Shown here one piece after another: positions 49,384 to 63,097 of a DNA stretch of 64,000 bases (position 1 is its first letter; each line of letters begins with the position of its first letter). The notes below the pieces were generated by a model that was given only the letters and a program-made list of their open reading frames with translations, was not told the DNA's origin and did no database searches. Source of the DNA: Octopus vulgaris (Eukaryota). The translations under genes were made by a program, and so were the position numbers. The stretch lies in contig OX597835.1 of the NCBI GenBank assembly GCA_951406725.2, positions 16,306,001-16,370,000 of the forward strand, read 5' to 3'.

Positions 49384-49939
49384 AGTAGTTATAATTGTGA
49401 ACCAAATTCAATCATGGCCTCCAGCCAAACAATTAACTTTGAAGATATTCGTAGTTTGCTGTAGAGAGAGGCAGCTTAAACAATATTTTGGAACGTTTGC
49501 TGCAATATACTCTTTCTAGGGATATTTTAAATGGTAAATTATTATTTAGCGCTAGGTCAGCCCTGATCCAATAGATCAATATCAAAGACATTCAAGGGAC
49601 AACCACCCCATCCTTTTCTTTTCATGAACAGCTGACCCACCTCAGGCCTCTTGTCGGCTCTCAGACGCATAATAACCTTATGTCATAAATTTACATACGA
49701 CTTTTTTTTTTTATGCTTCAAATACCAGCATACTATCATCATCATCATCATTTAACATCCACTTTTCATGCTTGCATGAGTCAGACAGAATTTGTTGAGG
49801 CAAATTTTTTACAGTTGGATACCCTTATTGTTACCAACCCTCACCAGTTTCCAAGCAAGGTGATATTTTTCCCATGCCCAGACATGTTTGTCACAGGAGA
49901 CTGGAAATGAAAAACCATTGAATAACAATGATGCTTGTC

Positions 49940-50336
49940 TACAACTATCACATGATATCAAGTCAAAAGCACACACACACAATAGATGATGGGCGTCTTT
50001 CAGTTTTTGTCAACCAAATCCACTCATAAGGCATTGATCTGGGGCAGAGCCTTGCCCAAGGTGCTGCTCAGTAGAACTGAACCCAAGACCCCATGGTTAG
50101 GAAGCAAGCTTCTCAACCATACAGCCACGATATCAACCATACAGCATATGATATCAAGTCAAAAGTACACACACACACACAAGATAAATGATGGGCTTCT
50201 TTCACTTTTTGTCAACCAAATCCACTCATTAGGCTGTGATTGATCTGGGGCAGAGCCTTGCCCAAGGTGCTGCTCAGTGGGACTGAACCCAAGACCACAT
50301 GGTTAGGAAGCAAGCTTCTCAACCATACAGCCACGA
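49940..50336. repeat. ~190-bp tandem duplication of a degenerate SINE piece
   Basis: catgatatcaagtcaaaag...ctcaaccatacagccacga occurs twice head to tail. Confidence 0.8.
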
Positions 50337-51998
50337 CATTGCCACGTAATGTACTAAAAATCAACCAAATACACACTAAATCACTTCAACTATTTATTTT
50401 CAAAATTAACTGAAACCTTACTGACATTGTATTTGGATAGAAATAAAGGCATAGAAGGATTCAACTTTGGTAGGGAAAGATACGAGGCTGTTTAGCTGCT
50501 GTTTCTAGCAGGTCAAGCAACATAGAGACTCCCTTGTTGGCTTGATAAATGTAAGTTGAGGCAAGACCAGCAAATTTGAAGAGGAAGGGGTTAAGTTGAT
50601 TACACCGACACCAATAATTGATTGGTACTTTATATTATCAGTCCCGAAATAAAGAAAGGCAAAGTTGGTATCGGTGGATTTGAACACAGAGTGTAACGAG
50701 CCAAAATGCATTTGGCAAAACATGTTCTGACACTAACGATTCTGCTAATCTACTTACCACCTTAGCCATTTAGCATTCTAATCTGGTCAATTTGGCTTAA
50801 ATATTTTGTTCTGTTAAAACTGGTCAGATCTGGCTTCTCACACCTACTCTACAATGTCATTTCAAAATAAGCTGTCACATCATTGAAATCTTAAAGCTAC
50901 GAGATTGTGCAGGATTAATTAAAAAGATTGTGAACTGGTGTTGGTGTGTTTAACTTAGCGGTCTGGCAAAAGAGACCAACAGAATAAATACCAGGCTTAG
51001 CAAAAAGATATTCAAGTACTAGGGTCGGTTTATTCAATTAAAATATTCCTCAGGTGGTGCTGCAGCATGGTCGCAGTTGAATGACTGAAACAAGATAGAG
51101 GGGGCAGACACTAACATACTTAGGCACAGGCATGGCTGTGTGGTATGAAGCTTGCTTCCTAACTGCATGGTTCTGTGTTCAGTCCCACTGTGTGGCACCT
51201 TAGGCAAGTGTCTTCTATAATCTCAGGCTGACCAAAGCCTTGTGAGTGGATTTGGTAGAAACTGAAAGAAGTCTGTTGTATGTATGTATATATATGTGTG
51301 TGTGTGTGTGATTAATCAGCCGAAATTGGGAGGATGGTCTGGTTCTTGACTGAAGATTGAAGGCTTATGACCCGTCCGTATTTTTTGTATCATCTTCTAA
51401 ATGTTTTGTGTTCTTGTCCCAGTTTGTATTTTTATATTTATATATATATATATGTGTGTGTGTGTGTGCGTATGTATGTGTGTGTGCGTGTGATTGTGTC
51501 TGTCTTTGTCCCCACTGCTACCAGTGTTGGTGTGGTTACATCCCTGTATCTTAGCGGTTTGGCAAAAGAGACTGATAGAATAAGTAGTTCCAGGCTTATA
51601 GTAAAAAAAAAAAAAGTAAGTATTGGGGTTGATACATTTGACTAAAAACCCTTCAATGCAGTGCCCCAGCATGGTCGCAGTCTAATGACTGAAACAAGTA
51701 AAAGATAAATTAAAGATACTCCTAAACAAATTAACGAGTTGTGTTTCGTTTTGTGTAAAGCTTCAACAAACCCGATATCGAGCGAGTTCACAGATTCCAG
51801 GAAAAGTTTCATATTAAATGGTAAAAAGAAATAATGCTGTTGTTATTGTTATGGAAAAGGAATCAATAACAGAAGCATCACTATAGAGCTTCGGTTTACA
51901 CAATGCCACACATTTTATCAAACATAAGCCCCTACAAAATCTGCCAAAAGTTTATTGTGAAACAATTCGGTTCTTTCCTGAGGAAGGGGAAGGGGAGA

Positions 51999-52034
<36 letters not shown>

Positions 52035-55000
52035 CTCACTACAATAGAATTTTGTTTCTAGGGTGAAACACCACCCTTATTTATAGCCAGACTTTGTACA
52101 AAATTTCTGCCAATAAACATATTTGGCATGCTACTTTAAATAAGGTTTTACAAGCAGCAAATATATCTGTTCTGGTGAGTGATTCGAGAAAATTAAGTAG
52201 AAACCAATTTGTTTTCAACACTGAGTCGTTCAAGCATGTAAATGAATCCTTCACCAGTTCTTTGCCCCTGCAATGAGTATTCCTGAAGTTCAATCAATGG
52301 AAATATGCACCCATTGTAGTGTAAGGAGCTGCATATTCCAGACACTTGTAGCTTTTAATGTAATCCCCAGGGTAGAATCACAGTGACACACGAGTGTGAC
52401 AAAGCTGGCCCTTGGAATTACAACTACAGGTATTATATATACAGGCGCAGGAGTGGCTATATGGTAAGTAGCCTGCTTACCAACTACATGGTTCCCCGTT
52501 CAAGGTTCAGTCCCATTGCGTGGCACCTTGGGCAAGCGTCTTCTACTATAGCCTTGGGCTAACCAGCACCTAGTGAGTGGATTTGGTAGACAAACTGAAA
52601 GAACCCGTTTGTGTTTGTGTGTGTGTATGTTTGTCTGTGTTTGTCCCCCCTCCATTGCTTGACAACTGATGTTGGTGTGTTTATGTCCCTGCAACTTAGT
52701 GGTTCAGCAAAAGAACCAAGAGAATAAGTATTGGGCCTACAACTGTCCAACTCATGCCAGCATGGAAAGCAGACATATGATGATGATGATAATGATTGTT
52801 GGTTTATGTTGTGTTCTTCCATGTCCTGTAAGTTAACCATTTAACAAATAAGGAAGGAAGTTAGCCACTGCAAGTTGTAGTGAAGACAATCTGCCTACAA
52901 GGAGCAGTAAACCCCGCTCGGTTCAAAGCCTCTCTTGACCAGAAATGGCCTGAACTCTTTGCATGAACACCCTCCCTATTATACATAACTCCATGTCCCC
53001 CTACATGGCCTTGCGTTTTGCTTTTTGAGCCAAAAAATTAACTTAACTTAACTTGAGTTGGGGTTAACCATGATGCTAGTGGTGGTGAGCACAATAAAAA
53101 GTATTCGGTCCCTATTATGAAAAAGGATGGCAATAGGAAGGACATCCATCCAGCTGGTTATAAACATGGGGAAGAGCCACCCAACCAAAAAACCATAACA
53201 AACCAAGATACACATCAACAGAGATTGGCAGGTTTTCCTTCTGTTGTGTATATCAGGTGACAAAGACCCAAGACCTGTGACAGGTGGTGAGGTATTATTG
53301 TACTAGAAGAGCACTGTTGAACCCATACCAGGGAAAACTGATGTGAAATGATTTTATACATAAATACACATATATATATATATATATACTGGCACATGGC
53401 ACATACACACACGTGTGTGTGTGTGTATTTTTTAAACACACACACACTCACATATTTCAATCAGTGCAGCTGTTGTCGACAGTGAGAAACCCTTTCTAAG
53501 GATTAGCTCAAGCTTACTTTTATTCAGAGACTACATCTCCTATGCAGCACAGATATGTGTGAAAATAAAAGTGAGAGAGAGAGAAATAGAGAGAGAGAGA
53601 GAGAGAGAAATAGAGAGAGAGATGTTTTAAACTGCTTTATTAATAAAATCTCTGGCAACTAACAAAGCACTGTACTAACAATAATGTCTTTGTAGTTATA
53701 ATATGTGTGTGGTTTGGTTTCACAGTCTTCCACTATCACAAAAGAGAACTCTGCTGACATTACAGGAAAGTCTAATAGAAAATGTCACCTTATTTTTTTG
53801 TACATACACACTCACACTACATTGTCTCTAATGCTTTGAATTCCTGCATACAATTTCGTTTTCAATAAAGCAGGCCACAATAGAAACCAAGAGAAACCGG
53901 TTTCGTGTGCCTGTGTGACCCTAAAGATAAGTTTCTTATATCCCACCATCCCAACAAAATGCAGGAAAAATAATAATATTAGAAAAGGTGTATTCTATAC
54001 AATAGAATTGACCAGCCAGCCAACCAGTCTGTATGTTTGAAATTTATAATAAAAATCACTAAAGGAAAATAACATAGAGGGGCTGATTCAAGTTGGTGGG
54101 TCATAAATTTAATTATGTTATCTTTCACTAGTTCTAGTCATTAGACTGCAGCCAAGCTGGAGCACTGCCTTGGAGAATTTTTAGTTGACTGAATCAAACC
54201 CCAATGATTCTTTTTTTTTTTTTTTTAAGAAAAAAAAAACAGCCTGGTACTTATTCTATCAGTCTCATTTGCTGAACTACTAAGTTATAAACATACCTAT
54301 TTCTTTATTACCCACAAGGAGCTAAACACAGAAGGGACAAACAAGGTCAGACATAGGTATTAAGTCGATTACATCGACCCCAGTGCGTAACTGGTACTTA
54401 ATTTATCGACCCCGAAAGGATGAAAGGCAAAGTCGACCTTGGCGGAATTTGAACTCACAACGTAATGACAGATGAAATACCACTAAGCATTTCGTGGTAT
54501 TTCGTCTGTCGTTACATTGTGAGTTCAAATTCCGCCGAGGTCGCAACACCAATTGTCATGAGGCAATGACACACACACGACAGGCTTATGCCAGTTTCCA
54601 TCTACTGAATTTATTGGTAAGGCTTTGGTTGGCTCAAGGCTATAGTAGAAGACAATTATCCAAGTTGCTACGCAGTGAGACTGAACCTGGAACCATGTAG
54701 TTGGGACGCAACCGTCTTATACCGCATCCATGCCTGTGCCTGAACCAACTTACATTGAAATATAAATTAATCTCTCTTTTACTCTTTTACTTGTTTCAGT
54801 CATTCGACTGTGGCCATGTTGGAGCACCACCTTTTAGTCGAGTAAATCGACCCCAGGACTTATTCTTTGTAAGCTTAGTACTTATTCTATTGGTCTCTTT
54901 TACTGAACCGCTAAGTTATGGGGACTTAAACACACCAGCTTCAGTTGTCAAGCGATGTTGGGGGGACAAACACAGACACTCAAACATATACACATACATA

Positions 55001-55593
55001 TATATATATACGATGGGCTTCTTTCAGTTTCCGTCTACCAAATCTACTCACAAGGCTTTGGTCGGCCTGAGGCTATAGTAGAAGACACCTGCCCAAGGTG
55101 CCACGCAGTGGGACTGAGCCCGGAACCATGTGGGTTCATAAGCAAGCTACTTACCACACAGCCACTCCTACGCCTAATACATTAAAATGAAAAAATTTAC
55201 TGAATTGATTTTAAATTTAGTGTTGAGCTGAGGAAAATGGAGGTGAGGTTGATGTGAGGGTGGAGATCAGGTGGGTATTAGAGTGGATGTGAAGTTGGGG
55301 CAGAGATGGAGGTGATGTGAAGGTGAGGTTAGTGTCAGAGTAGATTTGAGGCTATGAAGTTAATATTAGTGGAGGAGAGGTCAAAGTAAAGGCAGAGGTG
55401 AGGTTCCTAGTTACATATTGGGGTAGCACTTGTCATCAGTGTTGTTAGACTGATTATATTGACACACCACCCCACACTTTGAACGGTATTTACTTTAATG
55501 AATGATTGAAGAAAGAAAGGTAATGTTGACCTTTCCTGAAATTATATATCACAATAGAGACTATGAAGGTGAGTGAATATATGTACGTGTATA

Positions 55594-56031
55594 TCTCTCT
55601 ATATATAAACGGCAGTTTGTCTGTCTGTGTGTCTGTCAGGTTGTACCCTCACCCTGACCCTGACCACGGCTTTCAACCGATTCTGATGAAACTTGACACA
55701 CACATAGCCCAATGTCATAATTCAAAACTAACGCGGCGAAAATTTTGAAAAGTTCCCCCAGTTCTGAAAAAATCGATAAATTCGACATGGGGTCAAGAAT
55801 CTAAGCTTTTTATATGCAACACATTTTCTGTCTCGGGGACACAACTCGACCTTTTTATTGCCCAAAGGGACAGCTAGGAACATCGTGTACACAGAAGTAT
55901 TCGAGTGAAGAGAAGACATTGCAACCTACACATGCACCTTCATTCCCTAGAGGGAAAGGACTAGATTGGGATTAGTCGTTGCCTACTAGGGGCTCTTACA
56001 TACCCGGGGAAACGCTGGGCTATGCTGCTAG
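55594..56031 (+). mobile_element. Non-autonomous Helitron, second family
   Basis: 5' A^TCTCTCTATATATAAA, 3' CCCGGGGAAACGCTGGG hairpin then TGCTAG^T. The interior differs from the first family. Confidence 0.7.
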
Positions 56032-56049
56032 TATATATATATATTATAT

Positions 56050-56500
56050 ATTGCAGTTCTGCCTGCAATGTTATATGGTAGTGAAACATGGGCTCCCACA
56101 AAGAGAGAAGAGCAAAGACTGGTAACAGCTCAAAGGCCATGGAAAGGTCAATGCTTGGTATCTCGTTAAGAGGGCACATAAGTAGCAAGATCATCAGAAA
56201 GAAGTCCGGTGTGAGAGATGTCATCTCAGATTATACACGCAGCAAGTATAGATGGGTTGGACACGTCGCCCGGCTCACTGATAATCGGTGGACGCACGCA
56301 GTTGTCGGGTGGTACCCGCATGAGCGGAAAAGACCACCCGGAAGACCTCCACGACGGTGGAGTTACGATTTCAGGAGGACGATTGGGATCACGTGGATGA
56401 GAAAGGCGCGATCCAGAGAGGAGTGGACAGCATGCTGTGACCAGCGGTGTTAAATGGATGCCTGACGGACTGGTCGTTCAAAGTGATTAAAGTGAAGTGA
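56050..56500 (+). mobile_element. RTE-clade LINE 3' fragment
   Basis: VLPAMLYGSETW...AMERSMLGISLR...RWVGHVARLTDNRWT...KRPPGRPPRRW, with a short AAGTG-type tail. Confidence 0.85.
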
Positions 56501-57160
56501 TATATATAAGAAATTAAAGAAGGAAAATGCGCACCACTTTATACAGTTTTAATATATTTTTTGATATATTTTATATTGTGTTTGTCGACTGGTTTTGCTT
56601 TCACTAATCACGACTTTAAAATTATTTTAATTACTTATTTTCTTAAACAAAGAATTTTTTTGTCCATGTTGTGTGTGGAATTTATGAAAGAATGATTTCA
56701 ACAAGTAGAAAAATCTAAGGGGAGGTAATTGATGATCATTATTATTTATGTATATATGTATATGCATATATATGTATGTATATATATATACATATATATA
56801 TATATATACATACAGTAAAAGCAATTAAGATTCAAGTGAGTTCTATTGAATTCACTTGAATGCGGTACTTAACTTAGATGCACCAGAAAACTATATGGTA
56901 TTAACCACAAAATAATGTGGGGTGATTATAAACATATATATATATATGTATTTATATTATATATACTCTATATTACTTGTTTCAGTCATTTGACTATGGC
57001 CATGCTGGAACACTGCCTTTAGTCGAGCAAATCGACCCCAGGAGTTATTCTTTGTAAGCCTGGTACTTATTCTATCAGTCTCTTTTGCTGAACCGCTAAG
57101 TTACGGGGACTTAAACACACCAGCATCGGTTGTCAAGCGATGTTGGGGGGGACAAACACA

Positions 57161-57194
<34 letters not shown>

Positions 57195-59030
57195 ATATAT
57201 ACACGACAGGCTTCTTTCAGTTTCTGTCTACCAAATCCACACACAAGGCTTTGGTCGGCCCGAGGCTATAGTAGAAGACATTTGCCCAAGGTGCCACGCA
57301 GTGGGACTGAACCCGGAACCATGTGGTTCGTAAGCAAGCTACTTACCACACAGTCACTCCTATATATATGTATATATAAATAATCATTACCATTTAATGT
57401 CCGTTTTCCATGCCCGTATAGGTTGGACAGTTTGACCAGGTTCCAATCTGATTTGGCATGGTTTCTACAGCCGGATGTTCTTCCTAATGCCAACCACCTC
57501 AAGAATATAGTGGGTGCTTTTTATGTGTCAATGGCACAGGTGCCAGTGATGTGGCACTGTCATTAGCCATTACTAGAATTTCACTTGGCTTGACAGGACT
57601 TCTTAAGCATGGTATATTGCCAACGGTCTCAGTTGCTTGTCACTGCCTCTGCGAGGCTCAACATTCGAAGGGTGCTTTTTACATGCCACTGGCACCCGCC
57701 ACAACTACGAAAAAGACTGAGCGGAAGATGAAGGATGACATGGTGTAGTATGTTCCAGGATGGGAGCTAAGAGCAAAGCGAACAATTGGGATGTCTGGAG
57801 AAAGCCCATAGCCCAGTGTACTGAAATCACTGGAGTATTTTAGCACATCTACACATACCTACACACATCCACATATATCATGAATATAAGAAATAGAAGC
57901 TAACGACAAAAAAAGAAATCTGAAACTTCAACATGAATAATAATATATATAGCAATGCTATGCTTAACCAGATTTATTTTTAATGTATTTCTAAAACTTT
58001 TTTTCTCATTATATTTTCTTTACTTTGTTAAAGACTAAAATCAAAAAGTTAAAAAAAAAAAAAAAGTTCCAAAACCATAACTACACAATCTTTTACACAA
58101 CCAATCCCAGATTCTTTGGAATTTGAAAACAAAATTCTTTAATTATTGTCTATTTATTCCACAGAACTGCAACATACTGAAACAGCAATTCTATCCACAT
58201 GGTACGTCATTGATGGATGGTTACAACTAATCTCAAGCAGATGAATATAATTAAACTCGCATGGTAATTATGTTAATTAAATTTAATTAAAAAAATGCAA
58301 CATTACCTGAATAGATATATTTAGAATAAATTCTAGCCATACGCTAGATCATATAGTCTAAACAACAATACAGCAAAAATTTGTACATAGACTAATAATT
58401 GTAATAATGATAGTAGTAGTAGTAGTAGTAGTAGTAGTTTACGATATCATCATCATCTTTTAATAGCCATTCTCCATGTTGGCATGGGTGGGATGGTTTG
58501 ACAGGATCTGGCAAGCTGGAGGGTTGCACGAGGCATCAGTTGTTTGTTTTGGAATGGATTCTACAGCTGGATGCCCTTCCTAATGCCAATCACTTTATAG
58601 AATATATCGGGTGCTTTTACGTGGGGCTGGGAAGGGTACTTCTTATGTGGTGCCAGCACCACTAATGAAATATCCAAATATTCTTGAGAAATATTTGTCA
58701 GACACACAAGAACACAAATATGTGTGTGCGTGTGCATCCAGTTCTTAAAATGGGTACATGGGATCCATGCATGTTGTGAGAGGTAAATAAAAGGGGGTTG
58801 ACTTGAGGAAAGGCATCTGGCCATGAAACACTGCCTCTAAAATTCCTGACCAACCCAATCTGGAAAAGCAGACATGGCCATTTCTCCATGTTTGCATGGT
58901 TCGGACAGAATTTGTTGAGGTGGATTTTCTATAGCTGGATGCCCTTTCTGCTGCCAACCCTCACTTGTTTCTAAGCAAGGTAACCCATGGCCAGACATGC
59001 TTCTCACTTGTATGATGGATTACACACACA

Positions 59031-59088
<58 letters not shown>

Positions 59089-60227
59089 AAAATACAAACT
59101 GGGACATGAACGCAAAACATTTAGAAGACGATACAAAAAACACGGGCGGGACATTCGAAGCCTTCAATCTTCAGTCAAGAACCAGATCATCCTCGCAATT
59201 TCGGCTGATTAATCTGATGTATATATACATATATATATATATACATACACATACATACACACACACATATAAATATGCACATACACAACAGGTTTCGTTC
59301 AGTTTCTGTTTGCTAAATCCACTCCCACCCACATTCTCTCTCTCACGCACACGCACACAAAATTGAAAATTATTCCTCAATTCTGAAATATATTTGAGAG
59401 AAATATCACAAAAGAAAATTTTGGAAAATATTTGGAAAAGTAATTAAAAGAAAAAAAAGAGAAACAGACAGACAGACAGAGACATCAGGATGTTGTAGTT
59501 AAGGAAAGAATACAAACATTAAAAAAGTGAAACTGATGGCAGAGATGCTTCATGTGTTTACCGTGCTGAAGAGAGAGCGTATGCAATGGAAAGATTTGGT
59601 TTGGATGAAAAGCAAACTGCTCCAGAAGGGAAACTGTCCAGAGAAACTGCACAAGAGCAAATTTATAAATCTATGTTCACAGTAAACAGATAAGCAGAAT
59701 TGTTTAGTGTAAATGGATGGTGTGTTTAGAGATAGGTCTCATCTTCAAGCGGGCCCCATTTTATAAATGTAAATATAGACACAGGCATGGCTGTGTGGTA
59801 AGAAGCTTGCTTCCCAACCGCATGGTCCAGGGTTCACTTCTACTGCTTGGCACCTTGGGCAAGTGTCTTTTATTCGAAATCTGAAGAAAAAAACCTTTCT
59901 GGTCCCAGACATTTTGCATAAAGGATTCTTGATTATCAATCAATTCTCCCTATTTCAACAAACACACAAAACTTTTGTAACTAATTTACTGAGGCAACCA
60001 GCATCGACCAGGTCGTGAAGTCTCAGCTCTTCTTTATGTAGGGCAAAGAAGAAACAACCTAAAGAGAAACATGCATATGGCCTAAAGTAATGAAATGACA
60101 GCACACACATCTACAAACAAATATATATATATATAGTTAGTTAATCCAAGCATGAAAAAACAACAATGCGAGGACGTGGAACAAATATAGTATTATTGGA
60201 CGCTCAGGAAAGAAGGAAAGAAGGAGG

Positions 60228-60262
60228 GTTTAACGTTTCAAGCAGAGCTCTTTGTCGAAAAC
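60228..60262 (-). ncRNA. Variant minimal hammerhead motif
   Basis: GUUU-UCGACAA-A-GAGC(UCU)GCUU-GAAAC-GUU-AAAC. Stem I is 4 bp, stem II 4 bp, with palindromic AACGUU. The core deviates from CUGANGA. Confidence 0.4.
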
Positions 60263-60675
60263 ATAGGAGAAGGAAAGATCCAGAGAAGGGAAGACAGAGG
60301 AAAAAAAATCGCCAACGGTACACGTATGTGTATATATATAGGAGTGGCTGTGTGGTAAGTAGCTTGCTTACGAACCACATGGTTCCAGGTTCAGTCCCAC
60401 AGCATGGCACCTCGGGCAAGTATCTTCTACTATACCCTCGGGTCGACCAAAGCCTTGTAAGTGGATTTGGTAGACGGAAACTGAAAGAAGTCTGTCATTA
60501 TGTATGTATGTATGTATGTATATATATCTATATATACATACACACACACATGTACACCTATAATGATGCCTAACTGGGAAGGATAATCCACATCTTGAGG
60601 TATTTTTTTACTCTGAACCAAATTTTCAATCACCTAAAGAAAATGGCTTTTTTTCATGATGTAATTGAACTATTC

Positions 60676-60706
<31 letters not shown>

Positions 60707-61054
60707 AAGCATCCGAAACAGCTGTACTGAACCGTTAACTCATTTCTGTTCTTATTTTATGCAAACACCATATCTGGAACCTTCCCTATATTGGATCTGG
60801 AACTTGCATTGGATCATCTACCTGCATGCCAGTATGCATGGGTATAAATTTACATATACATGTGTATTTATATGTACGTGCATATTTTTGTGTACATGTA
60901 CATGCATGTGTAGGTGTATGGATATCTCTGTACAAGCATGTTTATGTATGGATGTATTTGTATGTGATATATACACACATGTGCTGAACTCAACTCTTTC
61001 TTGGTGTCCTGAATGTTAAAATACCTTGATTCAAATGAATCTTATGTAAGTATA

Positions 61055-61182
<128 letters not shown>

Positions 61183-61193
61183 TACATATATAC

Positions 61194-61224
<31 letters not shown>

Positions 61225-61337
61225 CATATATACATATATACATATATATATACATATATACATATATACATATATATATACATATATACATATATACATA
61301 TATATATACATATATACATACATATATACATACATAT

Positions 61338-61432
<95 letters not shown>

Positions 61433-61598
61433 CATACAAATATATAAGCACACACGTTTTTTATCATTAGCATTTTTGAATGACCATCTTCCAAGATGGC
61501 ATGGCATGGGTTGGATGGTTTGACAGGCTCTAGTGGGTTGGAAGGCTGCATTGTGCACCAATGTCTGCTTTGGTATGGTCTCTACACATATGTATATG

Positions 61599-61648
<50 letters not shown>

Positions 61649-61700
61649 CAACTCATGCCAATATAGGAGGCAGATGTTAAACAATGATGGTAATAATGAT

Positions 61701-61740
<40 letters not shown>

Positions 61741-61848
61741 CCTGCTCGCTTAGCCAGCGGGGTGGCGTCATTCGAAGGCTAAAACAATGCGAACGCATTG
61801 TGACCAGCGATGTGTAACGACATCTGATGGTCTGGTCGGTCACGTGAT

Positions 61849-61899
<51 letters not shown>

Positions 61900-62296
61900 C
61901 TAAATGTACATACATGCAAATACACACACATGAATATCTAAACAATTATATATATATGAACTCTTTGATATTTGTGTTATTGTATGTATGTTCATTTATA
62001 TACATACGTGTACACACACACACGCGCGCACACACATCTATATGTGTATAACTACAGACAAGCACACACACACACGAAGATTTAACTATCTATAGGGCAT
62101 TGTGAGCCGATGCATGTACTGTGAACGTACGCTGAAGTCTTCAGGTGCAGATGGCAGAATTTCAAGATTTACAAGAGGCTAAACATGGGGAGGTGCACAT
62201 GTGCAAACAACAATGGCAGTAGCAGCAGCATGTAGCATGTAGCAATGCTGCTCAGGGGTTGCAAGATCATGGAATATTGATTCAACCACTGGAGCT

Positions 62297-62357
<61 letters not shown>

Positions 62358-62794
62358 ACATTTATGATTTATAAATGCAAACACAACATACACAAACACA
62401 CACACACATCATCCATCTTGTACTTGTTTCAGTCATTAGACTACGGCCATGCTGGGGCATCACCTGAAGAATTTTTAGTCGACTTGAGTCAACTCCTGTA
62501 CTCATGCTTTCTTCTTAAAGCTGGTACTTATTCTATCAGTCTCTTTGGCTGAACTGCTAAGTTATGGGGACATAAACACACCAACACCAGTTGCAAAACA
62601 GTGGAATATACAATATACGACACACATATACGATAGGCTTCTTTCAGTTTCCGCCTACCTAATCCACTAAGAGGGCTTTGGTTGGCTTCAGGATATAGTA
62701 AGAGATACTTGCTCAAGGTGCCACACAGTGGGACCGAACCCAGAATCATAGCAAATATTATTTTAATATTTGCTACAATTTGAGTAATCGTTAA

Positions 62795-63097
62795 AAGGGC
62801 ACCATTCGAGCGTGATCGTTACCAATGTCGCTTCACTGGCACCTGTGCCGGTGGCACGTGTAAAAAGATTCGAGCGAGGTCATTGCCAGTACCACCTGAC
62901 TGGCCCCCGTGCCAGTGGCATGTAAAAAGCATGCACTACACTCTCGGAGTGGTTGGCATTAGGAAGGGCATCCAGCTGTAGAAACTCTGCCAGATCAAGA
63001 TTGGAGCCTGGTGCAGCCATCTGGTTTGCCAGCCTTCAGTCAAAATCGTCCAACTCATGCTAACATGGAAAGCGGACGTTAAACGATGATGATGATG
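62795..63097 (+). mobile_element. SINE family 3 (GGAAGGGCATCCAGCTGTAGAAA core, (GAT)n tail)
   Basis: Ends in ACGTTAAAC(GAT)n and contains internal GTGCCGGTGGCACGTAAAAAG repeats. Other copies (approximate): 13745-13930(-), 20651-20875(-), 21035-21350(+), 22746-22880(-), 23402-23710(-), 24373-24765(-), 25803-26050(-), 57385-57700(-). The core recalls the V-SINE domain (unverified). Confidence 0.8.

Noticed and set aside
53850-53905. ISRE/IRF-like words (GAAAACGAAA on the minus strand, GAAACCGGTTTC palindrome)
   Set aside because: Short motifs expected by chance in AT-rich DNA, with no promoter evidence.
59090-59214. Repeat with CTGAAGA...GAAT and CAGCCGAAA words (copies at about 39846-39975 and 51311-51440) as a hammerhead
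   Set aside because: I could not form stem I or a GAAA plus NUH arrangement, so it is treated as an unclassified repeat.
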